From a virus, in IMG/VR virus record IMGVR_UViG_3300017694_000001, positions 1 through 58,910 of that record: a stretch of 58,910 bases of DNA; one strand, written 5' to 3'. A program made the position numbers and the translations under genes. Numbering within the stretch: position 1 is the stretch's first letter; the number at the start of each line of letters is the position of its first letter. A model generated the notes under the pieces. That model saw only the letters and a list, made by a program, of their open reading frames with translations. It searched no databases and had not been told where the DNA came from. This document shows positions 1 to 8,103 of the stretch, in pieces.

Positions 1-123
1 AATGCGGGCAATCGCAGCTACGGGATAAATCTCTACCAATCGCGGCTCACCAGTCTTACCACTCCTACCCCCTCTCCTATCCGCATGATTACCACGGTAT
101 CTGCGCCGCAGCCACCCGCTTCT
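1..123. repeat. Terminal direct overlap, copy 1 (identical to 58788..58910)
   Basis: Base-by-base comparison: the first 123 nt equal the last 123 nt. This implies a circular(ised) 58,787-bp unit. The overlap lies inside a coding frame. Confidence 0.95.
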
Positions 124-570
124 GAGATTGCCAGAGTTACCCTCTCGCCGGCTGACTTCGCGGCCTGGCAAGGCGGAAAGCGCGTGCTTATCTACGTCGA
201 AGAGCCGGCTGGCATTACCGGCCCGCCCGAGCAGCTCACGCCGCCGCCCGGCACGGGCGGCGGGAGCATTGGGACGCCGCGCGACCCACTGGCAATCGGG
301 GACGCGCTGGCTATCGCAGACGCCGTAGCCGACCCCTCGAACACCTGGGCTAACGGCGATTTGACCGCCTACGGCAGCCCCGCGCTACAAGATGCCGGTG
401 CGCCTGCCGCCGTGGCTGGCCAAAACAGCGGCGTGCTGGTAGGCACGGCCAACGTGGCAACGATGGATGAATTCGACCGCCTCGACGCCAGCGGCGCGGG
501 CGCGTGGCGCTACCGCTACTCTCGGCGCAACGATGGCACCTCTGGTTGGACACGCACCCCTAAAGGCTAG
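1..570 (+). CDS. C-terminal part of large tail/receptor-binding protein (continues 55770..58910 across the circular junction)
   Basis: The frame of track ORF 85..570 is open back to base 1. It is the same frame as the open frame entering the 123-nt overlap at the window end. Combined product is ~1195 aa. Stop TAG at 568..570. Confidence 0.7.
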   Translation, partial: NAGNRSYGINLYQSRLTSLTTPTPSPIRMITTVSAPQPPASEIARVTLSPADFAAWQGGKRVLIYVEEPAGITGPPEQLTPPPGTGGGSIGTPRDPLAIGDALAIADAVADPSNTWANGDLTAYGSPALQDAGAPAAVAGQNSGVLVGTANVATMDEFDRLDASGAGAWRYRYSRRNDGTSGWTRTPKG

Positions 571-575
571 GAATC

Positions 576-2051
576 ATGGCAATACACCCCTTTTTGCAGC
601 CCGCCGTTTCTGATGCAGTCGAAAAGGCTGTAGTAGAAACCAAGGGCGCGCCTACTGCCCCGACCACGGATGAACTGCAAAAGCTCATCACGCAACACGC
701 CGCGCTCATCAACCAGCAAAGCACGGTTATCCAGCAGCAGCAGGCCGCCATTAACGCCTTCCCGCAACTGCTGGCGGATGCGATAGGGCTCAATAACGCG
801 CAATTCGTTACCCCTGGCCTGCAAGCTATTGTCGGCGGCACGCTGCCCGGCGCGCTCGATAGTCTGAAAGAGTTTTTTGATAAACTGCAAGCCGATGAAG
901 TCGGGGCAATGGATTTGCTGGCCGCCGTGAACGCCGACCGCACCCGCTTCGCGCAGTTAGAACCACTAGTTGCGGGCCTGGGCACCAGCCTAACGGCGCT
1001 CACGACCACTGTAGGCACGAAAGCCGCCGCTGCTGACCTCAGCGCACTCGTTAGCACTGTGAGCACCAAAGCCCCCAGCGCTGACGTGGCCGCACTCGCC
1101 ACGACGGTAGCGGGCAAGGCTGCCTCGTCCGATGTGGCAGCCTTGCAGGGGCTCGTTAACACGAATACCGCCAACATCGCAGCGAACACTGCGGCCTTGG
1201 TGGATAAAGCGCTAGCCAGCGACCTGACCGCGCTCAGCACGGTTGTAAATAGCAAGGCCACCAGCACTGCTGTAGCGGCTCTCACGGATACAGTGAACGG
1301 CAAAGCGAGTGCTACCGACTTGTTGGCCTTGACTACCACAGTGGCCAGCAAAGCCCTGGCTGCCGACCTGATTACGACCAACAACAACGTAGCCGCGAAC
1401 ACAACCGCCATTAACCTGCGGGCTACTACGGCCAGCGTAACAGCGCTTCAAGCAGCGGTAACGCAGAATACTACCGACATCGCCGCCCGCGCCACGACTG
1501 CCGCCCTGTCCGTGCAAACCGGGCGCGTGGATACCCTGCTCACCTCAACGGTGCCCGGCCTGCAAACCGACATCGGTAACCGCTTGCGCAAGGATGTTGC
1601 TGATTCCACTACGTTCCCGCTAGGCGTACCCGCCGCCCCGAGCATGGACAAGGCGGTGCAGAAATCGGAGTTGGCCGGGGGTATTCAGCGCCCCTACCGC
1701 ATCTACCAAAACGTGGGCACTACGCCCGTATCGGCCTACCTGCGCGGCTCCCAGCAGGCGCAAATAGTAGACGCGCTGGGGCTGGGGCAAGTGTACGTGC
1801 TGGCTACCGTCCGCATCAAAACCATTGTCGCACCGACGCTGGCCAGCACCATTTCGCTTTATAAAAACGGCAGCAGCGCAGCTTTTTACAGCCAAGTAGT
1901 AGCCCTCACCAACATCCCGGCCGTGGGCAAGGTGCTCGACATCCTCACGCTATCCACGAGCCTGCCAGCCGACATCGCCCTGCCGGCCACCATTACCGCC
2001 AGCAGCAGCGCGGGCACTTTTGAAATCATCATCGACGGGGTACTGAAATAA
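576..2051 (+). CDS. Tail fibre protein with tandem Ala/Thr/Leu-rich ~14-aa repeats
   Basis: 491 aa. The central part is periodic (..TKAAAADLSALVSTVSTKAPSADVAALATTVAGKAASSDVAAL.. repeated more than 10 times), typical of trimeric fibre shafts. It sits within the tail gene block. Confidence 0.65.
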   Translation: MAIHPFLQPAVSDAVEKAVVETKGAPTAPTTDELQKLITQHAALINQQSTVIQQQQAAINAFPQLLADAIGLNNAQFVTPGLQAIVGGTLPGALDSLKEFFDKLQADEVGAMDLLAAVNADRTRFAQLEPLVAGLGTSLTALTTTVGTKAAAADLSALVSTVSTKAPSADVAALATTVAGKAASSDVAALQGLVNTNTANIAANTAALVDKALASDLTALSTVVNSKATSTAVAALTDTVNGKASATDLLALTTTVASKALAADLITTNNNVAANTTAINLRATTASVTALQAAVTQNTTDIAARATTAALSVQTGRVDTLLTSTVPGLQTDIGNRLRKDVADSTTFPLGVPAAPSMDKAVQKSELAGGIQRPYRIYQNVGTTPVSAYLRGSQQAQIVDALGLGQVYVLATVRIKTIVAPTLASTISLYKNGSSAAFYSQVVALTNIPAVGKVLDILTLSTSLPADIALPATITASSSAGTFEIIIDGVLK

Positions 2052-4447
2052 TGGCTTACTATCCTATCTACCAACAGGCCTACGGCCTCTACGGCAACGC
2101 CCCGGCCTTGCCCGCCCTGGCCACCCCCGCCAACGCGCAGGCGACCGCCACCTCGTCTACGTCCCTGAGCGTGACCGCCAGCAGCGTAGCCAATGCAGCC
2201 GGCTACCAGCTCTACACCTCCGCTACCCAAACCGGCGCTTACGCCAAGCTGGGTGGGGTGCTTACTACTCCTTCTTACAGCCACACCGGACTATCGGCGG
2301 GGCAAACCCAGTGGTATAAGTGGGTAGCAGTAGGCGACGGGGTGAACTACCGCGATTCGGCGCAGACGGCGGCGTTTAGCGGCACGACAGCCAGCGGCAC
2401 AGCCCCCATCGCGCCTACTGTAAGCTTCGACTCAACCACCCGCACGCTTACGGCCACGCACAGCCTGGGCACGAATGAAATAGTCTACCAGCGCAATAAC
2501 GGCCCCGTGCAGCCCTACGCGCCAATCATGGTGGACAATAACGACCACCCGGTTGGGGAGTGGAAGTTCTTCACGCGAGCGGTTTCGGGCCGTCCCGCAG
2601 GAGCAGTGCAGCCTAGCCCCAAAATAGACCCGGCCGCCACTGGCCCGGTCGTCATCCCAGCCGACCGCACGGCCAAAATCGCGCTCTCCGACAACAGCTT
2701 TGACAAAGCTGGGGCCGCTATGCAGCGGGTAGTAGACCGGATTTTCTTCACCTTCAGCAACGGGGACCAAGGCGTTTCGCCGGGCCTGGGCAACATCTAC
2801 TACAACGGTGGCGGACCAGTTGGCAGCCCGACCGAGTTTGCCCGCATGTGGGTGCGCGACGCCTTTTTCTTCTTTCGCGCCTACCTCGACCACATCCCGG
2901 CTGCCATGCTTATTGCCTGGCAAGACCGCCTGCTAGCCGCTGCGCTCAATGGCCGCATTCCCGACCGTATTCGAGCAGATGGAGTGGTTGAGCGTACTCC
3001 ATTTTCGGGGGTGCTCAACTCCCCTTATGATAACAATTTTTTTACTATTCAGCAAGAGCTTCTTATCTTCCAAAAGACGGGCAGTATTGCGCACTTCATC
3101 AGCAAGCGCACGCAACTTGAGGCGGTATATGCCGCAATCCCTAAACAAAACGGACTGGTTCATATCCCTGCGCAAACGCTGGGACAGCCATTGACAGACC
3201 AGGACTTTGGGTTTCTTGACTCGGAAGCGCGGTCTGGCTTTCCTACGCACGGTATAGGCAACCAATATGGCTCGGCTATAGCGTTTGCAAAAATGACGTT
3301 GGCCGCAAGTGACAATGCCGCCGCGCAGACGTGGGTAGACGAAGCCGCCACCATTAAAGCCGCTTTCAACGACCCGGCTACGGGCCTGTGGGATGACGCC
3401 TATGGCATGTTCCGCTCCGCTACCGACTGGGGCAAAGAAGTGTGTGACCTTCCTGGTAACGCGCTAGCCGTGACCTGTGGCTTGGCAGACAATGACAAGG
3501 CGTTGCGCATCTCGCAAAAGATAGCGGACCGTATCACGGACTTCTTTCGCGGACAGGTGCCGCACGGGTTTGCTGACCGGCAAGCGTTGCCCGGCATTAG
3601 CCTGTGGCGCTTTTATATCGGCCCCAGCGTTACGTTTCAAGTAGTAGACGATAACGGCAATCGGGTGCCTTATCCCAACGGCCAGGGCTTCTACTCGGGA
3701 GCTGACGCCGCTACCAGCGCGCCTTATGGCGAGTACCAGAATTTTGGCAAGTGGTACACCTTCCTCGATGACATCCTGCCTACGCTCTCGCTCACCAACG
3801 CGACGGCGGCCAAGCAACTGCTCTACGACGCCGTGTATTCGGCCAACCTAGACCCGGCGCGGGATAACGTGGAGTGCTCTAGCCTGAACGGGGCGTTCCG
3901 CTGCAACCTCTATGCCGCCTCGGCCGCCGCTATCTACCGCCTCATCAAAGGGGGAGATACCGACCCGGCCGGCGTGACCCCTGACCCTGACTTTGCCTTT
4001 GAGGAAAATGAGTCGGGCGTTAATTCTGCCAGCAACTCGTCGGTTAGGCTGTGGATAAATGGCCCGAACTGGCAAGACACGACTTCACTGGACCCTAATT
4101 TTTCGGGCGGCTTAGGCAGTTATATCGCCAACGGCCTGACCGACATAAGGCGGCTGCCGAATGTGCGAATCCTCAGCCCCAAGTACATGCGCTTTGTCTG
4201 CCCGACCACGTCCTCGGCCGGCATCACACAAATGGCAATGGTTGCGCCTGGCGCTATGCCTGGCACGGCCGATTGGATTGACGTGGACCTGTATAGCGCT
4301 ACGCCGCAGCCATTCGCCGTGCGTGGCGTGAGTCCCGCCGCCTATGCCCCTGGCCTGTACGATATCTGCATTCGCCAAAACCCAGGCAACCCAGCTAACC
4401 GAAACCTGGGGCTGCACGACCGCATAGAGCTGGTCGATGTGCCCTAG
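2051..4447 (+). CDS. Tail-associated polysaccharide-degrading enzyme candidate (N-terminal Ig/FN3-like modules plus (alpha/alpha)6 glycoside-hydrolase-like domain)
   Basis: 798 aa with TAATG coupling to the fibre gene. N-terminal beta-rich modules (..GYQLYTSATQTGAYAKLG..WYKWVAVGDG..). Then MWVRDAFFFFRAY, resembling the W-x-RD motif of GH15/GH63/debranching-type barrels. Confidence 0.4.
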   Translation: MAYYPIYQQAYGLYGNAPALPALATPANAQATATSSTSLSVTASSVANAAGYQLYTSATQTGAYAKLGGVLTTPSYSHTGLSAGQTQWYKWVAVGDGVNYRDSAQTAAFSGTTASGTAPIAPTVSFDSTTRTLTATHSLGTNEIVYQRNNGPVQPYAPIMVDNNDHPVGEWKFFTRAVSGRPAGAVQPSPKIDPAATGPVVIPADRTAKIALSDNSFDKAGAAMQRVVDRIFFTFSNGDQGVSPGLGNIYYNGGGPVGSPTEFARMWVRDAFFFFRAYLDHIPAAMLIAWQDRLLAAALNGRIPDRIRADGVVERTPFSGVLNSPYDNNFFTIQQELLIFQKTGSIAHFISKRTQLEAVYAAIPKQNGLVHIPAQTLGQPLTDQDFGFLDSEARSGFPTHGIGNQYGSAIAFAKMTLAASDNAAAQTWVDEAATIKAAFNDPATGLWDDAYGMFRSATDWGKEVCDLPGNALAVTCGLADNDKALRISQKIADRITDFFRGQVPHGFADRQALPGISLWRFYIGPSVTFQVVDDNGNRVPYPNGQGFYSGADAATSAPYGEYQNFGKWYTFLDDILPTLSLTNATAAKQLLYDAVYSANLDPARDNVECSSLNGAFRCNLYAASAAAIYRLIKGGDTDPAGVTPDPDFAFEENESGVNSASNSSVRLWINGPNWQDTTSLDPNFSGGLGSYIANGLTDIRRLPNVRILSPKYMRFVCPTTSSAGITQMAMVAPGAMPGTADWIDVDLYSATPQPFAVRGVSPAAYAPGLYDICIRQNPGNPANRNLGLHDRIELVDVP

Positions 4448-4495
4448 CCCCTCTCTCAGGTAGCGCGCTGCCCCGCGCCTCATTCCCTCGATTTC

Positions 4496-4918
4496 ATGCC
4501 CACCCTCGCAATGCTGCTCCAATCGCTCGCCCCACTACTGCAAGCTACCTCTGCTGCCCAAAGTGCTGACGTGCGGTTTATGGAGTGGGCCATTCGCCTG
4601 GCCCCCATCCTCATTACCATCGTCATTTACATGCGTGCCCCGTCACGCGAAAGCGAGAAGAAGCGTGAAAAAGACCTTTCTGACCTGTTAACCTGGAAAG
4701 AGCTACAGCAGGCCATGAACACCCAACACCAGCTTGCTATGGAGAAACTAGGGGATGAGGTGAAGCGCAATCACCAAGAGACGGAGAGCAAGTTCAGTCA
4801 GTTCGGGGACATGAAAACCGACGTGGCCGTGATGAAAAATCAGATGCAGGGACAGGCCGACACGCTGCGGGTGCTCAATGAGAAGATGGACCGGCTATTA
4901 AACCAGAACAACAAATGA
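4496..4918 (+). CDS. Membrane-anchored coiled-coil protein of the lysis cassette
   Basis: 140 aa. One hydrophobic helix (WAIRLAPILITIVIYM) followed by a charged heptad-like C-terminus. ATGA overlap with the next gene. Confidence 0.5.
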   Translation: MPTLAMLLQSLAPLLQATSAAQSADVRFMEWAIRLAPILITIVIYMRAPSRESEKKREKDLSDLLTWKELQQAMNTQHQLAMEKLGDEVKRNHQETESKFSQFGDMKTDVAVMKNQMQGQADTLRVLNEKMDRLLNQNNK

Positions 4919-5244
4919 GCGCCACCCGCCCGCCCTGGTATCTACGCCCCCTTTACAGCCGGGGCAGCTACTCGCCCCGGCTCACAATGGCCTGGCTCGT
5001 GGTGCTGTTCGCCCTGTGGCTTACCCGTCGCTGGATAACGACCCCCGCGCAAATCCTCAACGGGGTGCTGGTGCAGCCCCCATCCGTAGCGGAGCTAGTC
5101 GGCATCCTGCTAGGATTTGCCAGCGTGCTGCTTGGGATGGGCACCTTTCAAAAAATCAAGCTAGGCGATACGGCCCCGTCAGCTGGTGAGATAGAATCTG
5201 AGGCCGGTAGCCCGAAGCCCGAAGATGACCAATCGACCACCTAA
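4915..5244 (+). CDS. Holin candidate (two TM helices)
   Basis: 109 aa. TM segments MAWLVVLFALWLT and LVGILLGFASVLLGMGTF, with a charged C-terminal tail. Located upstream of the endolysin. Confidence 0.5.
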   Translation: MSATRPPWYLRPLYSRGSYSPRLTMAWLVVLFALWLTRRWITTPAQILNGVLVQPPSVAELVGILLGFASVLLGMGTFQKIKLGDTAPSAGEIESEAGSPKPEDDQSTT

Positions 5245-5306
5245 AAAACCCGAGCCCGCCAAGCAGTCGAAGCGCGCCGACGCCGTGAAACCCAAGCCCA
5301 AGCCCG

Positions 5307-5417
5307 ATGCAGCCTACACCACCAGTACCTGACCGCCTGGCCTTCCTACTGGCCGCTGCCCTGCTGCTGGTCGCGGCTGGCTACCTGCTTTTATTTAACT
5401 ATCACTTGAAGCCATGA
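5307..5417 (+). CDS. Small single-TM protein (36 aa, below ORF-track cutoff)
   Basis: Hand translation: MQPTPPVPDRLAFLLAAALLLVAAGYLLLFNYHLKP. Its TGA overlaps the ATG at 5414 (ATGA coupling). Confidence 0.35.
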   Translation: MQPTPPVPDRLAFLLAAALLLVAAGYLLLFNYHLKP

Positions 5418-6127
5418 CCAAAATTCAGAAACACGCCAACCGCGCCGGCCTGCTGGGCTTCGTGGCGCTGCTCTTGGTGCTAGCGCTCGCCTTCACAAGC
5501 TGCGGCACTCATAAAAAACTCTCCCCCGCCGCCCCGCCGCAATCCGAGCCCGTTAGGGCCGCTGGCCAGACACCAGGCATCAAGCATCAGACACCAGACA
5601 CCAGTAACGTAGTGGTGCAGAACCCGCGCACGCTGCTAGACAAGGTGCTAGGCCGCAAGCCACCGGTGGCCGTGTACCCGGCTGGCACACCGGTGAAGGC
5701 TGGCAAGAAAAGCACCATCACGATTAACAACGTCACCGGTGGGCAAACCAATACGACCAACACCGCCGGCAAGAACGCCACGGCTGGCACCGGCGCCACC
5801 GGTGGGGGGAAGGCAGGCGCACCAGTGGCCGGCACCGGTGGCACGCTCACCAATATTGAAAAGGCCAAGGCACCGGTGAGCACTGGCACCGGTGACGCTA
5901 CCGACCTATCGGGCACCGGTGCCGCTTCCAATATCAAAGGCGACGGTAACGCACCGGTGCTCACCAACGCACCGGTGGAAGCCCCCGACTGGAAAGCGCA
6001 ACTGGCAGCGGGCTTTGCTACACCGGTGGGCAAGGCGCTGGGCTTGGTGGTGTTCGCCTGCTTTGGGTACGGCGTGTACCGGTTGTGGCCCCTGCTGCGG
6101 CGCAAATCAACTTCTAACCAAGTATAA
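5414..6127 (+). CDS. Unimolecular-spanin-like protein: lipoprotein signal, low-complexity linker, C-terminal TM anchor
   Basis: 237 aa. N-terminal signal with Cys (..LLVLALAFTSCGT..), a G/T/A/P/V-rich middle, and a C-terminal TM (ALGLVVFACFGYGVYRLWPLL) followed by RRK. Lies immediately upstream of the endolysin. Confidence 0.55.
   Translation: MTKIQKHANRAGLLGFVALLLVLALAFTSCGTHKKLSPAAPPQSEPVRAAGQTPGIKHQTPDTSNVVVQNPRTLLDKVLGRKPPVAVYPAGTPVKAGKKSTITINNVTGGQTNTTNTAGKNATAGTGATGGGKAGAPVAGTGGTLTNIEKAKAPVSTGTGDATDLSGTGAASNIKGDGNAPVLTNAPVEAPDWKAQLAAGFATPVGKALGLVVFACFGYGVYRLWPLLRRKSTSNQV
5661..6028. repeat. Array of 11 exact CACCGGTG palindromes
   Basis: Copies start at 5661, 5688, 5734, 5797, 5833, 5871, 5887, 5914, 5952, 5970 and 6021. 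Six are read as Pro-Val (CCG GTG) and five as Thr-Gly (ACC GGT) in the host gene. Confidence 0.9.
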
Positions 6128-6130
6128 CCT

Positions 6131-6607
6131 ATGGCAACCGACACGCGCAACTGCCTCGCCCACTACGGCGACCCCTCCGCGCCAGCCTTCGCGGCGAAGT
6201 GGCTGGCAAAGCACCCTATCCCGGCCGCCGTGCTGCCCTACTTCCCGCTCTACGGCGGGACGGTACGGCCCACGGCTATCTACATGAACAAGTTCGCGAT
6301 GGCCGCGCTCGATGCCGTGCTGCTGGACTTGCTGGCTACCGGCCTGATTAAAGAGCTAAAGACCTACGACGGCTGCCATAATGTGCGGAAAAAGCGCGGC
6401 GTGAACGAGTACAGCATCCACAGCTGGGGGCTGGCCCTGGACTTCAACGCCGCCCTTAATCCGTTGGGGGTGAAATGGGGCAGCCGAAAAGGGATGTTCA
6501 GCAAAGCCTTTCTCGATACCTGGCGCAAGCACGGATGGACCTGCGGGGCCGACTTCCCAACGGGGGATGCAATGCACTTTCAATTCACCAACTCCTTTCC
6601 TAAATAA
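6131..6607 (+). CDS. Endolysin, zinc peptidase M15 family (VanY / L-Ala-D-Glu peptidase-like)
   Basis: 158 aa. Metal-ligand motifs SIHSWGLALDFN (H-x6-D) and DAMHFQF (His). Position is within the lysis cassette. Confidence 0.85.
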   Translation: MATDTRNCLAHYGDPSAPAFAAKWLAKHPIPAAVLPYFPLYGGTVRPTAIYMNKFAMAALDAVLLDLLATGLIKELKTYDGCHNVRKKRGVNEYSIHSWGLALDFNAALNPLGVKWGSRKGMFSKAFLDTWRKHGWTCGADFPTGDAMHFQFTNSFPK

Positions 6608-6615
6608 CCCTCCCC

Positions 6616-6810
6616 ATGCAACCCACTCCCATCAAACCCCTGAACGTCTTCGCCTACCTCGTGGCGGGCCTCGTCGCTGTCGCCTTCGTGGCAGGCACCA
6701 TTACCTACCTCATAGCCGGGGAAGAGGCTGCGGCCACGGCCGGCAAAATCAGCCTAGTGGCCGGCCCGATTATCGGCGGGCTCTTTGGCCTTTCGCGCCG
6801 ATTCCAATAG
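6616..6810 (+). CDS. Small two-TM membrane protein (holin/antiholin candidate)
   Basis: 64 aa. Segments VFAYLVAGLVAVAFVAGTITYLI and ISLVAGPIIGGLFGL. It is the last gene of the rightward lysis block. Confidence 0.45.
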   Translation: MQPTPIKPLNVFAYLVAGLVAVAFVAGTITYLIAGEEAAATAGKISLVAGPIIGGLFGLSRRFQ

Positions 6811-6852
6811 CCCACCCGCCCCGCCCTCTCCTGTCTTGGTGCTAGTGGGCGC

Positions 6853-6893
6853 AAAAAAGCCCGTACCCCTTTTTATCAAGGCCGGGCTTTTAT
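6853..6893. terminator. Imperfect bidirectional hairpin terminator between convergent genes
   Basis: AAAAGCCCG (6855..6863) pairs with CGGGCTTTT (6883..6891). A-run on the left and T-run on the right. The loop is long (19 nt), so the call is moderate. Confidence 0.45.
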
Positions 6894-6973
6894 AAGGTGT
6901 GTAGCGCTTTAGCTCCCTTCACCACCACAATGCGGCGATTACCTCACCTTTCACTCGCAAATGTATGAATGCT

Positions 6974-7213
6974 TTAATCATTATTGGTGCCGTTGTTGGG
7001 GGAATCTTGCTCGGCGCATTTGGGCTCTTGCTGTGGTTCGCCCGCAGTTGGAAGGACAGGTTTTGAGGTGTGCTCTATAGCTAGCCGTGCTAACTCGCTT
7101 AGGGCGTTTACGAGCGCAGGAGAGGCGTTCTCCTTATCGAAGGTTACGGTGGCGTAAGTCATAAGCTGAAAACGAAAAGAAGTTGGTTCTCCTGTCTTAG
7201 TACTAGCGGGCAC
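6974..7213 (-). CDS. Hypothetical protein (accessory island)
   Basis: Track ORF of 79 aa starting at GTG. An internal ATG at 7162 would give 62 aa. Lies directly downstream of the 7221..7523 gene on the same strand. Confidence 0.4.
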   Translation of the reverse strand: MPASTKTGEPTSFRFQLMTYATVTFDKENASPALVNALSELARLAIEHTSKPVLPTAGEPQQEPKCAEQDSPNNGTNND

Positions 7214-7220
7214 CCCAATA

Positions 7221-7523
7221 CTAACGAGGTGCAGCCCAGCCTTTACGATGACTGTAGCGAATCATAAAGGCGAACGTGTCACGCTCCCAGCGGTCAAGTT
7301 GATGCCCCTTGTCCACGGTGAAAAGCAGACGGGCACCTTCAAGAGGGAGCAGCCAGCGCCGGCCGAACACGAACACAGTGAGCCAAGTCCAAGCGTTACC
7401 AACACGCCGGGTGAAGGCATTCTTCGGGCGGTGCTGCCACAGCCAGTAGAGCGCGGCCACGCCTGCGATTGCGATAGTGGCCCACACCACGGCGAACCCG
7501 ACCGAATGATATACAGCATCCAT
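7221..7523 (-). CDS. Membrane protein, two predicted TM helices
   Basis: 100 aa with ATG start. Segments VGFAVVWATIAIAGVAALYWLW and AWTWLTVFVFG. Confidence 0.5.
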   Translation of the reverse strand: MDAVYHSVGFAVVWATIAIAGVAALYWLWQHRPKNAFTRRVGNAWTWLTVFVFGRRWLLPLEGARLLFTVDKGHQLDRWERDTFAFMIRYSHRKGWAAPR

Positions 7524-7584
7524 ATCTAAAAGCTAAAAAGTGTCGGCGCGGCGGCTTTCTTCCTTAGTGGAGGGAGGGGGTGGG

Positions 7585-8103
7585 CTAGCCGATGGGGTTG
7601 TGGTCAAGCCTCAGTGGTCCCATGAAAGGCTTCGGGGCGCGGGCGGGCGCGGCAAAGTAGTCTTTCGCCCAAATGAAAGTGCCGATGCCAGCATTGTCCG
7701 CGAACTCCTTATCAGAATCCATGTCGCCCACCATGACAGAGCCTTTCAAGTCTGGCTGAAGCCGCAGTGCCACCTCGTAAGCCATACCGGGCAAGGGCTT
7801 GCGCTTGTAGTCGTAGTCATACGCCACGCAGGTATGCACTTCAGCGCGGGTGTGGTTTCGCAGCACCGTGACAATGGAGAGCAAGCGGCTCTCTACATCT
7901 TCTTTCGTTTGAAACCCGGCCGCCACGCCGCCTTGATTGGTCACGATGATAATAGGCCACCCGGTTATGCCCTGCACCTTGCGGTAGAGGCGGTCTATCA
8001 CGTCAGGTATAAACTCCCAATCGTCTTTGTCGCGGGGGAACGTGTCGCCCGACTTGGGATGGATTAGCGTGTGGTCGAGGTCAAGGAAGAGCGCCTTTTT
8101 CAT
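7585..8103 (-). CDS. HAD-IIIA family phosphatase (polynucleotide 3'-phosphatase / GmhB-like)
   Basis: 172 aa. Motif I FLDLDHTLI (DxDxT), motif II IIIVTNQGG, KRKPLPGM, and motif IV VGDMDSDKE. The pattern TLI..KSG..FP...DW....TNQ matches PNKP-type 3'-phosphatase domains. Confidence 0.8.
   Translation of the reverse strand: MKKALFLDLDHTLIHPKSGDTFPRDKDDWEFIPDVIDRLYRKVQGITGWPIIIVTNQGGVAAGFQTKEDVESRLLSIVTVLRNHTRAEVHTCVAYDYDYKRKPLPGMAYEVALRLQPDLKGSVMVGDMDSDKEFADNAGIGTFIWAKDYFAAPARAPKPFMGPLRLDHNPIG

Noticed and set aside
85-570. Track ORF 85..570 as an independent 161-aa gene.
   Set aside because: The frame is open upstream to base 1 and continues the ORF from 55770 through the terminal overlap. 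An internal start remains possible but is unsupported.
560-1411. Long minus-strand ORFs antisense to structural genes. Examples are 560..1411, 5587..6150, 52225..52857, 54226..54834 and 55563..56459, together with many 60-170-aa ORFs in other frames.
   Set aside because: They overlap well-supported plus-strand genes with recognisable products. Their Arg/Ala/Gly/Pro-rich composition is typical of shadow frames in GC-rich coding DNA, and they lack sensible start contexts.
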